From Guillardia theta CCMP2712 (Eukaryota; Protista; Cryptophyta), in the NCBI RefSeq assembly GCF_000315625.1, contig NW_005434663.1, positions 997,055 to 1,061,054 of the forward strand: a stretch of DNA of 64,000 nt. The letters are read 5' to 3'. Under the pieces are notes generated by a model. The model was not told the DNA's origin and did not search any database. It saw nothing but the letters and a program-made list of their open reading frames with translations. Below are positions 33,801 to 45,371 of this stretch, piece by piece (positions within the stretch are counted from its first letter, which is position 1; each line of letters opens with the position of its first letter). The position numbers were made by a program, and so were the translations under genes.

Positions 33801-36800
33801 CACGGTTCGGTTCGCCACAAACTTTCTTGTGGACCCTGCGAGGTACAGGTACCTCCAGCTGAGCAACGTCCCGTTTGCCTACAGTGAGAGGACTGCTGTC
33901 TTCTTCGAGGGCTCGGGTAACGCAAGTCTATTCAGCGCGGGCCCCGGGTACTCGTCGGGATCGGCTTTCTTTGATCCTAAGGTGAAGACGGTGGCGACAA
34001 CTTTCAGTCAGGCCCTTGAGGTCGGCAAGGTGTATGAGTTCTCCTTCTACGTGAAGAACGCAGATGTCGCCTCCAGAGGGTTCGGACTGAACTTGTCCTT
34101 CGGGGAAGTATTGTTTGCTCCTGCAAGAATGAATACTTCCATCTCGACGTCAAGTTGCAGTTCAGCTTGCTATGACAACACGACATTCAGCAGTGTGCCA
34201 TTGTCTTCGTTGACTTCTACAGCTGCCCTTGAGGTCTGCTCTTTCACCATCTACCAGGCGCAAATTCGGCAGACGAACTCTTACCCGAATGCCATGAACA
34301 CAATCACCGTACAATTCGCAGTAAACTTTGACGTCCATCGAGATGCTGTACGAGAGATCGAGATATCAGGGCTTTCAGCTTATGCCACTCCAAGTTCTGC
34401 CAGCTTGCCACTCGCCGAGTCTTCGACTCCTCTGAAACTGGAAGCTTTTGAGAGCACGGGGAGATGGAATGCTACCTACGGTACTTTGACAGTCAAGTTG
34501 AGAGGAGCCCTGAAGCAATGCGCTATCTATTCTCTTACCTTCAACCTGACTAACTCCCCGTTCGGGAACGACTACACTGAAGCTAAGGTCTACCTGCTGT
34601 TCAGGGGCGTCGATAGTATCTCCTACATGCTCGACAGAAGCCTCTCGTGGATTGATCTGCTCAAAGGCCTTGTGGGAGATCTAGCTCCTCCCTCCGTCCG
34701 CCCGGCGAGTCTCTTGTACAATCAAGTCTATCAGTCCAGCCCCTACCCCGCAGACCTCAACGTCGTGACTGTTGAGCTCCAATTCAATGTTGACCTACCG
34801 CCGATGGTCACCCTGACTGTTCACGGGCTGCTGGGGGAGATCGACCGATCAACGCTGGGAAGTAGCTACATCTCGATGACGGCAGACTGGAGCACAACGA
34901 GCCCGTACAGGAGCTGGAAGCAAGTGGGAACCACATTGCAGGCAGACCAAGGAAAAGCGAAGCTCACATTTCATGACAAGATACCGGAACGAGCTTTGAT
35001 CCAGCTGAAACTTTACATCTTCAACCCAAAAGTCCGCACCGAAGGCAGCGATGTCCTGCTATCGAGTGATGGCATTTGGGGAGCGGATACCAACATCAGC
35101 AGAAAACCTTCATTCTTTCTGAGCCCTCACAGGCTGCAAGACAATCCGGATTACATCATCTGTGAGATGAAGAGAATCTTGCAAGGCTATGGTCGTCCGT
35201 TCTGGGTGTTCGCTCCAGTGCTAACGAAGCAGCAATCTGCGCAGAGCTCGACGTTTCCAGGGGCTCAGAACACGATCACATTCAGTATCTCTTCAAACTC
35301 CCGCATAGCAGATTGTGAGATTTCAATTTACAGCCCTATAGGTTGGATGAGCCACGCTAATGACACTTCTGTCCAAGTGCTTGTTGGGTCCTCAACACTC
35401 ACCTCGCGTCTCGCGTTTCTCAACAACACGCTACAAGTTTCGATGAAGAACAGCAGCGTCATTGGAGCCCTCCAGCTCTTTGAGTTCTCCGTTATCTTCA
35501 CCAACCTGATTCCCACAGGAAGCATTCATCCCAACACGACCTTCCAGCTCACGGTCTGCGACTTCTTGGCCACCCAGCCCATGAATGCTCCGACGTCAGC
35601 CCTTCCAAACATCCCGGGATCAGTGGAAGGGGATCAATTCCCTTTCAAGGTCTATCCCCCGTCCTTCCCCTACAAGATCATCGCTCAGTCTTCCCCGTAC
35701 CCCGCCGCTTCCAACACCATCTCCGTCTCTCTCGCCTCTAACGTTCGGCTCATCGCCGGTACTCAGCTCGTCATCGCGGGCTTGACCGGCACCCAGACGA
35801 GCTCGTCGACGCTAGCGCTGACCCTCAAGAGCGACACGGTGCTGTTGAGCACGGGGGCGTGGGATGGAGGGAACGGGACGCTGACGCTGACGGTGGCGAG
35901 CGGGAAGGAGCTGGGCGCAGGGGCGGTCGAGACGGTACGCTTCACGATCAAGAACCCGTCGACGGCGAGGGCAGCAGCGGACGCGACGATTGCAGCGGTG
36001 GGGCAGACGGGGATCGGGGCGGAGACGATGGAGGTGAACGCGTCGTACGTACCGGGAGTAGCAGGGGCAGGGGGAGGGGACGGGAGGCCGTTGGCGGTAC
36101 AGGGGGCATCGCTGGTGGTGAGGAGGATAGAGCAGAGCTCGAGCTACCCCGGAGACTTGACGACTTTGACTGTTGTGCTGGCTACGAACTTTGACTACAC
36201 TACGACAGGTAATACAAAGTTAAACATCATGTCGACCTACTGGGACCAAGTGACCTCTTTGACTCTGAATAGCAATACGCTGTTGAGCTCATGCTCTTAT
36301 TCGAGTCCCAGCCTTGTTTGCAGTTTCAACTCTGGGGTTTCGTTTGTAAGCGCAACGGAGTACACTTTCTCTCTGTCGGCAAAGAACAAGTTTGTTGTGA
36401 ACGGGGTCAAAGCTCAAGATTTCTCGATTTCTTTGACGCCAATCACATCAAGTTTGCAAATGACTTCAACTAGTCCTATTGGGATCTTGAGTCCCACTGT
36501 GACAATAGCGAACATCGGGCAGTCTATCCCGTTCCCTGCTTTTCAGAACACAGTGACCGTCACATTTCAGTCGAACGCACGTTTGGATGATCAGTTGACA
36601 ATCACCCTTTTCAACTTACAAAACGCATTATTTCCCTCTACCATCGTCACGTCAGCCTATGCTAACTTTTCCTACCCGTCCTTTAGTGCAGCGACGAAAT
36701 CAGCAACAACTGACGATGTTTCCTTCACCATCGCACCTGGAGCAAGTCTGCTGCCAAACGTCATCTACGCCTGGTCCTTCCAGATTACGAATCCTGTGAA

Positions 36801-39800
36801 AGAGCAGGGCGCTCCCGTTATCACATTGAGGGTCGTGGGCTCCACCTACCCCGAAGGATTCGGTGCAACCGTGACCCCGTCCACCTCCATCGCAGCTGAG
36901 CAATGCCTCGTCATCGTTAAGTTTGATATGACAGTCGTGCAGGACGAGGTGCAGCCGTACGCCAACAACAAGATCACTGTGCGGATGCGCTCCCGCATCA
37001 TTCCAGACGCGACCACACTCTTCACCATCTCAAACTTGGTCGGGGCGACAGCAGTCGGGCTGCAGGGCACATCCCTCATGGTCAGCGACGCGTCTGACGG
37101 ATGCAACAATCAGAATCTCTTTGCGGTCAACTCCGCTCAAGGTTACGGCACATGGGTGGACGCGGCGAAATCCCTTACCCTTAAGGTGGCTCAAGACGTG
37201 ACTTACGATGCGGTCAACCTGTCGTTTGTCGTTGCAAACCCTCCAGTCGGGCAGCGAGGGCCTTCGTTAACGATCTCACTGAACAGGAAGGGGGTAAACA
37301 TCTTCAGCATTCCCATCGTCTTCATCCCGCCCACCATCAACTACTGTTTCGACGATCCGATCTGCATTCCTGGATCGAGGCAGAATGACACAAAACCCTT
37401 AAACGTGTATGACTTTCCCCGGTTTACCTACATCGCCGTTGGGCAGACCACGCATCTCCCCTCGAGATCGAGCACGTTGACGATCTCCCTTCAGATGAAT
37501 GTCGTGCTGTCTCAGACTCTGAACGCCTACATCGAGATCACCGATCTTGTTCTTGTGGACATGCCAACGAAAATTTATGCAACCGGTGAGTCTGACATGA
37601 GCTGTTGCTGATACCTTTCCTGACTCGTCTCAGACGCGTCCACCTTCAAGGCTTGCGTGACTTGCGCGACCTCTACTGTCTACTGGGACAACATGAAGAA
37701 GAAACTGACGTAAGACCTTCATATTCCGTCCCGTCTCCTGTGACCCTCTTCCCTCTCGCAGCCTCTACGTCGCTACGACGTTCCAGAAGTTGACAGCCAG
37801 CTATTACATCCTGTCCTTGGCCGTCATGAACAGCAACATCTCTGACGTCTACCCCAAGGTGCCGGTGCAGGCAATCGCCATCAACACGGCTCAAACGGGG
37901 TCGGAAGCTGACAGCAGCAGGCTTCAGACGCTCTTCTTCGGCCTGGGCTTCACTTGGTTGAGGACGAGGGTCATCGGGCAGAGCAACCCTTACCCCGAGC
38001 AGCGAAACACCCTCACCATCACTCTAGCCGTCAGCTCCAACATCTCCTCCTCCGCCCAGCCTCTCATCTCCATCACTTGCCTGCTGGGCAAGAGCTGGGG
38101 TTCGACCTTGGTGACCTTGCAGGACCCAACGGGACAGAACTTTGACAAGATGTTTGCCGACAAGTCCAGCTCGGGGACACCTGGGCAGGCGAACTGGGAT
38201 GGAGCCCAGTACACGCTGTCTTTCTTCCTCGTGCAGGACTGGAACTCTGACAGGCAGGTCATCCTGAGTTTCACGATGATGAACAAGAGGAGCTACGAGG
38301 CAACTGCCATGTGCAGCTCCAACGCTCTCTACATCCAGTTCGCTCCTCCTCAATCTGACGAGCTCATCAAACACCAGGGTACCATCAGCCTGACCGAGTT
38401 CAACTACGACCTCTCCTCTATCCCACTCGTGGTCGGCGGTAAAGTGGGCGATGCGGACCCACGGGTAATCTACCAGTACGGCTTCACTTTTCTCTCCATC
38501 TCCCAGTCCAACCCAACCCCAAGGGAGAACAGCACAATCACCTTCAGCTTCTCCTCCAGCCTCCCGCTCGACTCTGGCTCTGCCATCTTCCTATCCTTCC
38601 ACCCGATGACCTCTCAGTTCGTCTGGATGGACGACTCCGGTGTGAAGCCAATCCAGGAAAGCACCAGCAGCACCAGTCACTTCTCCTCCTCCTACCTCGA
38701 CTTCCGGGCTGGCACTCTTTGCTGGAACTCCGGGAGGGATGGGGTAGCAGTCCCGCACATGGTTCTCTACCTAACATCGATGATCAACGCATCTGTCATC
38801 TACAACATCTCCTTCAACTTCACCAACCCAGCACAGACGCAGGACACGGTGCTGACTAACGCGACCATCAAGTCGGTCACAAACTCTTCGCTGCGGCAGG
38901 AGTGCTCGCTCGCAAACTCGTGGGGAATCTGCTCCTCCTGCCTTGAGATCCCTTCTAAGCAAGTGGATACGCCATCAAGCGTGAGAGCTGTCCTGAGGAT
39001 TCTAGCGGGCTATGTTGAGACGAAGATCGGCCAATCCAGTCCCCTTCCTTCAGCTATCAACACGCTCACTGTCACCCTGGAGGTCAACAACCAGCTCGAC
39101 GCAGGAGCAAAGGTCACTCTGTCGGGGTTGCGAGGAGCCTATCCCTTGAAGGGCTTCGACATCAACACCAACTACCCGGTAAGAAAACTGGATCTCTTTC
39201 CCCCGTCCTCTGCTGCCCTTCTCCTCCTCTCCCTCCGTCCTGGGTCTCCCTGTTCCCTTGGTCTTCCTCCTCTCCTCTCCTCTCCTCTCCTCTCCTCTCC
39301 TCTCCTCTCCTCTCCTCTCCTCTCCTCTCCTCTCCTCTCCTCTCCTCTCCTCTCCTCTCCTCTCCTCTCCTCTCCTCTCCTCTCCTCTCCTCTCCGCTAC
39401 CCTCCCATCCCATCACCTCTCATCTCTCCGCTACCCTCCCATCCCATCACCTCTCATCTCTCCGCTACCCTCCCATCCCATCACTTCTCATCTCTCCGCT
39501 ACCCTCCCATCCCATCACTTCTCATCTCTCCGCTACCCTCCCATCCCATTCCCTCTCATCTCTCCTACCTTCTCATCTTCGTCTTCACCCTACACAACTC
39601 TGACGCTTCCTACCAGATCTCCGGATCGGGCTGGGACTCATCCATGGGAAGCGCTAAGTGGTTCTCCCCGACCGTTGGCTCTCCTTACCTGGTCGTCACT
39701 CTGTCCAAGAAGCTCGTCAACGCCAACACCTTTGCCAAGTCCTACATGCTCGGCCCCTTCCAGTTCCAGGTAGTCAACGGGGTCCTAGCCCAGCTGCCCC

Positions 39801-42711
39801 CGAGCATTTTCGTCAGCGCGACGATGCCGATGGTGGATGGAGAACAGACGGTGCTGCCGCTGAGGAACATGACAACGCCTGAGATCCCGCTAGCTCCTTT
39901 GTTTCTTCAGAAGGTCTTCGTCCTCGCCAACGTCGGCCAGTCCGACGGCTCCCCAGCCCTACAGAACGTCATCACCGTCACTCTGCAGACCAACTTCCTT
40001 CTCCCAGCTGGGTCCCAGCTGACGTTCGGGGTGGGGACTGACCAGAGAAATGACGGGTTTGTGGGAGCCGTTTACCCCAAGGGTCCCATCGCGATCCAGG
40101 ATGGAGGAGCAGGAGCAGGAGCAGGAGCAGGGTCCAGCTACTTCAGCTCAGCGGTCTGCGGAGAACAAGAGAACGCGACATTCTACGGGAAAGGCTACTG
40201 GTGTCCGGGGCTCTCGCAGACTTGTCCTTGCAACAAGTATGCGACGAAGCATCTGGTGGTGAAGACAGCCCAGCCGATAGCTCCCTGCACACGAGACGAC
40301 TCCTTGCTCGCCTGCATGCTCGAGAACTCCTCCTACGTGGTGTTTTCCTTTCAGGTCTGACACTTGAAAAGCTTGTTGCCGCAACCTCCTCTTGTTGCCG
40401 CATCTTCTTGTAGCATAAGTTTTTGTCTTTGACTCTAGTGTTCTGTCTCTCATGTGAACAGTCTCTTCGTTGCGTTCTCTCTCTCGTTCCTCTGCATCTC
40501 CTAACATGCCCTGCCAGGTCGTCAACCCATACCTCACCAAGGGACAGAGCCCCCCCAGGATCGTCCTGCGTGCTGCTGACGTCACCGTGCAAGACAGGCT
40601 GATGAAGACTTGCTCCTCTCCCCCTGTCTACATGAGCAGCTCCCTCGACGCGTGCGAGACTCTTCCTCCTCCCATTGCTGCTCCTCTGCGCATCTATCCC
40701 AAGTTCTACTGCTACCTCCAGCCGGATCCTACCTCCCCTCTTTTCTCCCCCTTCTCAGGATCGAGTTTCTGTGGGACACAAGGAGCAAGCCCTGTCTCTG
40801 CTGTCTGCGCCTTGAACGACACGGCAGCCTACAGCTACTACAACCAGACGCTCCGAGCTCTCTTCCAGGGCCTCGTCCTCTCCTCCTCCAACGTCATCGG
40901 GCCGAATATGTTCGACGGCACCCAGCTCAACTGCTACACCAACTTCACCTCCATGTGCACAGATGCTGGGGGCACCCTCTCCTCCTCCTTCGCGCAGACG
41001 TTCGGCACGAGCGGCTGCTGCTCGAGCGTGTTCGGGCGCCTGAAACGGAGCTCCTTGCCAGGGGAGGCGACAGCCTCGCTCCTCCTCCCAGGTTTCCCAA
41101 CTGTTGACAAGTACAAGGTGGACCTGGGAATGTGCCGGACGGACGACGACTGCAAGAATATCGACCCTGAGAGGACCGGGTACGTGGACTACACTTCCAC
41201 CTCCTCCTTCAACACAGGCATCCCCAACATCATGGTGTGCTGCGACGCTTGTCAAAGTCTCATGTCAACGGTCTGCTCCATCGGCAACTCCTCGGCCGCC
41301 TCGTACTGCAGGCTCTACTTCCGCTGCTCTCCAACGAGGCCGTGCTTCGGAGCGATCAACCTTGCTCCTACCACCACACCACTAGGTCAGCCCACACTCT
41401 GTCACTTCTTCCTGCCTCCTCCTCCTTCTCGTTTCCTCCTCCTGCTTTCATCTCACCACGTAAACAGAGACAACGCCTCCTCCTCCACCGCCGCCCCCCC
41501 CTCCTCCTCCTCAGGTAACGCCGTCAGTCGCTCGCATCTCGATCCTCACCAGCTCTGGCAGGAGATGTCACCTCCTCCATACGTCGTCGTGACCTTCAGG
41601 ATCGCCAACTTCGGCCTCTTGTCCTTCTCTCAGGACGTCAAGCAGAAGATCCTCAACGACCTCGCCTCCTTCCTCGGCTACGACGCCGTCCAGCTCCTTC
41701 AGGTCATCTCGGCGCAGGAGGTGAACACGCGGAGGAGCTCGGAGGCAACGAGGCAGAGGCATCAAGAGCAGCAGCAGAAGGAGGAGGAAGATGAGGCATA
41801 CAGCCTCCTTGCCGTCTCTCTGCAGTTCGTTGTCAGGATCGTCGTCATGAACTCAGCCCAGGCGTTCCAAGTCGCCAAGACACTGTTCGACGGGTCGAGG
41901 AGCGGCCAACTGCAGCAGGCCTTCACCAGCGTCTCGCTCACCATCGGGCTAGTCAACGTCACTGCCTTCGACAGCACCCAGCAGCACATCTCCCTCGTCG
42001 GAGCCAACGTCCCGCCCATGTACATCAACCCCTGCGCGTCAATCCCTTACTCGCAGGACCTCCATGACCAGTTCTGCTCAAACACCTTCCTCAGCCTAAG
42101 TCCTGCTGACACCCAGGAGGCGATCAGCATGTGCCAGGGCCTGGACGGCTGCTGCTACCAGAACCAGTCTGGACTCTCCTCCTCTCAGCTCTGCCGGGCC
42201 TGTGCTGACTGCGCCAACGGGTCTTATCCCTGCGGCACCTGCTGCTTCGCTCCTGTCCGTCGGAGGTCTCGACGAGCAGATGAGACTTGCAACCCAGACG
42301 TAGCGATGTGAGTGACTGAATCACTTCNNNNNNNNNNNNNNNNNNNNNNNNNNNNNNNNNNNNNNNNNNNNNNNNNNNNNNNNNNNNNNNNNNNNNNNNN
42401 NNNNNNNNNNNNNNNNNNNNNNNNNNNCTATATGGCTCCTTTCTCTGACTCGCCTGACCATGGGTTTCAGTGATGCCGGCTGGTGCTCCTGCGACTTCAT
42501 CGCAAGTTTGGCTCCCAGTCCCATCATCTCCAAGCCGCTCCTCTACTCCATCATCTCCATCTCCACCTTCATCGGCATCGGCATCCTCACCAAGCTCGGT
42601 TTCGATGTCGTAGAGAGGAGGTTGTTCCGCCGACAGAGAGAGCGAGCAGCTGCATTCAAAGCAGCACAGGTCGAACTGGGGTTCATGCTGCAAACAGACG
42701 AGGAAGACTAG
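21805..42711 (+). CDS. Giant (~6,400 aa) type-I membrane/cell-surface protein: signal peptide, Cys-rich region, ~35 beta-rich repeat domains, Cys-rich C-terminal region, TM helix and short tail
   Basis: Consecutive + strand ORFs (1611, 667, 321, 832, 1824, 856, 613, 83 aa) joined by GT-AG introns. Recurrent Q-S-x-x-x-P-x-x-x-N-x-I-T-V motif. N-terminus MRGEVALVLLAMVVGG; C-terminal PLLYSIISISTFIGIGILTKLGF then RRLFRRQR. An N gap at ~42328-42426 precedes the last exon. Confidence 0.85.
31191..31708 (+). repeat. 518-bp intragenic duplicated coding module, copy 1
   Basis: Matches 35638-36155; only one difference seen (31367 G vs 35814 A, synonymous). Confidence 0.95.
35638..36155 (+). repeat. 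518-bp intragenic duplicated coding module, copy 2
   Basis: Matches 31191-31708 at an offset of 4447 nt. Confidence 0.95.
39268..39562. repeat. (CTCTC)n pentamer array followed by ~5 copies of a 34-bp minisatellite, intronic
   Basis: Unit CTCTCCGCTACCCTCCCATCCCATCACCTCTCAT starting at 39390, inside intron 39179-39616. Confidence 0.9.
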
Positions 42712-42800
42712 AAGGAGGAGGCAGAGGAGGTACAGGTACAGGTAGTTCAGTTTACTCTACATTACATCTTCATCTTCAACCTCTGCAATCTATCTCTTCC

Positions 42801-44965
42801 TTACACCTCCTCTCGGTCTTCGCCATCGGCGTTGTCTGGCACAAAGTCTCCCTGCACCAGCGTCAGCAGCCTCTTCCCTTTCACCGTCTCATACCGAAGC
42901 TTCCTCAAGAGGGTGCAGCCCGTCCTCCTCCTGTCCGTCGTCGTCCTGAACGAAGTCGTCCTGCCCGTCGTCTTCCTGCACGAAGTCGTCCTGCCCTTCC
43001 TCCTCCTGCTGCAGGTAAGAATCTGCTCACGGCGTCAGCTCCTGGCCCTCAGCCTCCAGTGCTGCGACCTTGCGCCGAGTCTTGCTCCACCAGCGGCTCT
43101 AGCTGATCTCCCAGCATCTGCTGACAACATTTGACAACCTATTGACAAGGTCGCGAGGGATGTCAAACCTCGTCATGCTCGTGGTAACGGTCGTCGAAGG
43201 TTTCATTCTGATCGCACGGTCAGAGCAGGTCGAAGAAAAGAGTCAAAGATGTCACATGCGCATGCTCCATCATGTCCTGTCCCCTCATGCCTGCGCCAAC
43301 AGGATAAGAGGCTGGAAGAGGAGGAAGAAGTAACATACCTTCCGATTGCTGGTTGTCCATGTAAACATTGTTGAGATCTGCCGAGAACGTCAAACACCAG
43401 AGACTTGATCATGTGACAGGCTCACTGCTTCTCTGATGATATCTTGCCTGGGCCTGGGCCTTTGCTGCCTCTCTGTTGATCAAGAACTGTCTCTCTGTCT
43501 TGGTTATCTCCTTCCCGTCTAGCATACTGACTGTCGATGACCTGTAGAACAGTCAGTGATGACACATCCTCCTCCTCCTCTCACATCAATGTGACAAAGT
43601 CACGAAACTTGTGCTGTTTGGTCACGGGGTTGCCTTTCATTTCTAAGGTTGTGAGCTCGCAACAAGCGGAATTTCCAAGAATGGTGCCTACTTCCTGAAC
43701 AACAACTTTCAGATCGAGACAGGAGTGGAGGGAGTGAGGGAGTGGAGGGAGGGAGTGGAGGGAGGGAGTGGAGGGAGGGAGGGAGTGGAGTGGAGGGAGG
43801 GAGGGAGGGAGGGAGGGAGGGAGGGAGGGAGGGAGGGAGGGAGGGAGGGAGGGAAAATGAGATGGGGGAGGAAGACTTTGACTTTAGAGGGTGAGGCGGG
43901 AGGGAAGGAGGGAGACGAGGGAGGAAGCGAAGGAGGGAAGCAAGAGGAGGAAGGAGGGACGAGGGAAGGGGTGAGCTGAACGCACCTCGAAGCTTGAGAT
44001 GTGATTCCACGACATGTCCAAGCGCTGGAGGGATCGGAGCACGCGAAACTGCGAGACCTGACTGATGTTGTTCTTCTGGATGTTGAACACCTGGCAAACC
44101 AGCTCACGCTTGACCTAAACCAGCTCACGTCTGTTCAGGTACCTGCAGAGATCCAGAGACCGCGTGGAGTGTTGCAGTTTCAAACGTCAGGCATTGATCT
44201 GTTGGAAGTCTCTGCGCTTGGCAGTGCAGCTCTTCCAAGTAGTTGCAGGAGGCCAAACCGCTGATCTCCGTCAACTCGTTCCCTGACGCTAAGTTAGGAG
44301 GGAACAGAGTTTGCAGGCTATCTGACCCCCAATGAACAACTTCCTAAGATTCCTGAGCATGCCAACATTTTCTATCCTGGAAATGAAGTTGTCTTGGAGG
44401 TAAAGGTGCCTGGACCAACCATCACCTTCCAGGAAGCGAAACATGCAGCGCTCACGTGAGGTTGAGAGCGAAGGACAGGTTTTCTATCCTCTTGATCTTG
44501 TTCTCATACAGGTAGAGGCACTGCAGCAGCAAAATCAAGGCACTACAACGAGCTTGGTCAACACCGACCTGGAGGCTGGTGCAATGTTCCAATCCATCAA
44601 TCTATCGATGAAAGTTCAGCCTAGCTCTAAGAATACGAGTGATGCGGTATCATGTCAAACCTTCTCTATCTTCTTATCGCTCAGGTTGATGTGGGTCAGT
44701 CGCTGCAAGCAAGTTAGCTCTCTTTCATGCCATCGCAACACACCAACCTTGAGAAACGCGTTCTCATCCTCGCCCTGACAGTAGTGAAAAAACAATTGAG
44801 AAGAGGATCGTCAGTAATAACACACTGCTCAGCTCCATTCCTTCTCCTCTGCTCTCTCTCCTTCTCCTCTCCTCGCTCCTTCTCCTCTCCTCTCTGCTTC
44901 TCCTCTCCTGTCTCTCCTATGTCCTATCTCCTGTCTCCTCTTACCTGCTCTTCTCCTCTCTCCTG

Positions 44966-45018
<53 letters not shown>

Positions 45019-45115
45019 CTCTCCTCTCTCCTCTCTCCTCTCTCCTCTCTCCTCTTACCTTCCTCTTTCTCTGTGTCGTACATCGTCCGATCAGGTCAAC
45101 CGAAACCTTGACCAT
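42801..45115 (-). CDS. PPP1R42: Leucine-rich repeat protein, PPP1R42/LRRC67-like, with acidic tail
   Basis: MVKVSVDLIGR, LTHINLSDKKIEK, CLYLYENKIKRIENL, HLYLQDNFISRIEN, LEELHCQAQRLP, GNPV and MLDGKEITKTERQFL parallel the vertebrate PPP1R42 sequence as recalled. Confidence 0.82.
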
Positions 45116-45371
45116 GTTCGCCCCCTTGACCCCACCCTGTTGTGAACTTTACAAATACCCCGCATGGGTACCCCACCCCTCGTCATTCAATGACCCCACC
45201 CCAACATTAAGCTTTCTGAGGACGGGATGCCTCCCTGTCCTCTCTGACCCACCCGTGGTGGAACCAAGAATTCAAATTTGAACCTGGTACCGTACCCACC
45301 CCTACCCCACCCGTTCCCTTGTGGCAGCCGGATCAGTCCCAAGGATTTCCGGGTCTGCCTCAGTCTCGGCA

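Noticed and set aside
39179-39616. Stop-free in-frame (PLLSS)n segment of the 856-aa ORF (similarly 25603-25752) as a mucin-like or TM domain
   Set aside because: Bounded by GT...AG and interrupts a repeat domain. CT-rich introns lack stop codons by composition, and one third are in frame by chance.
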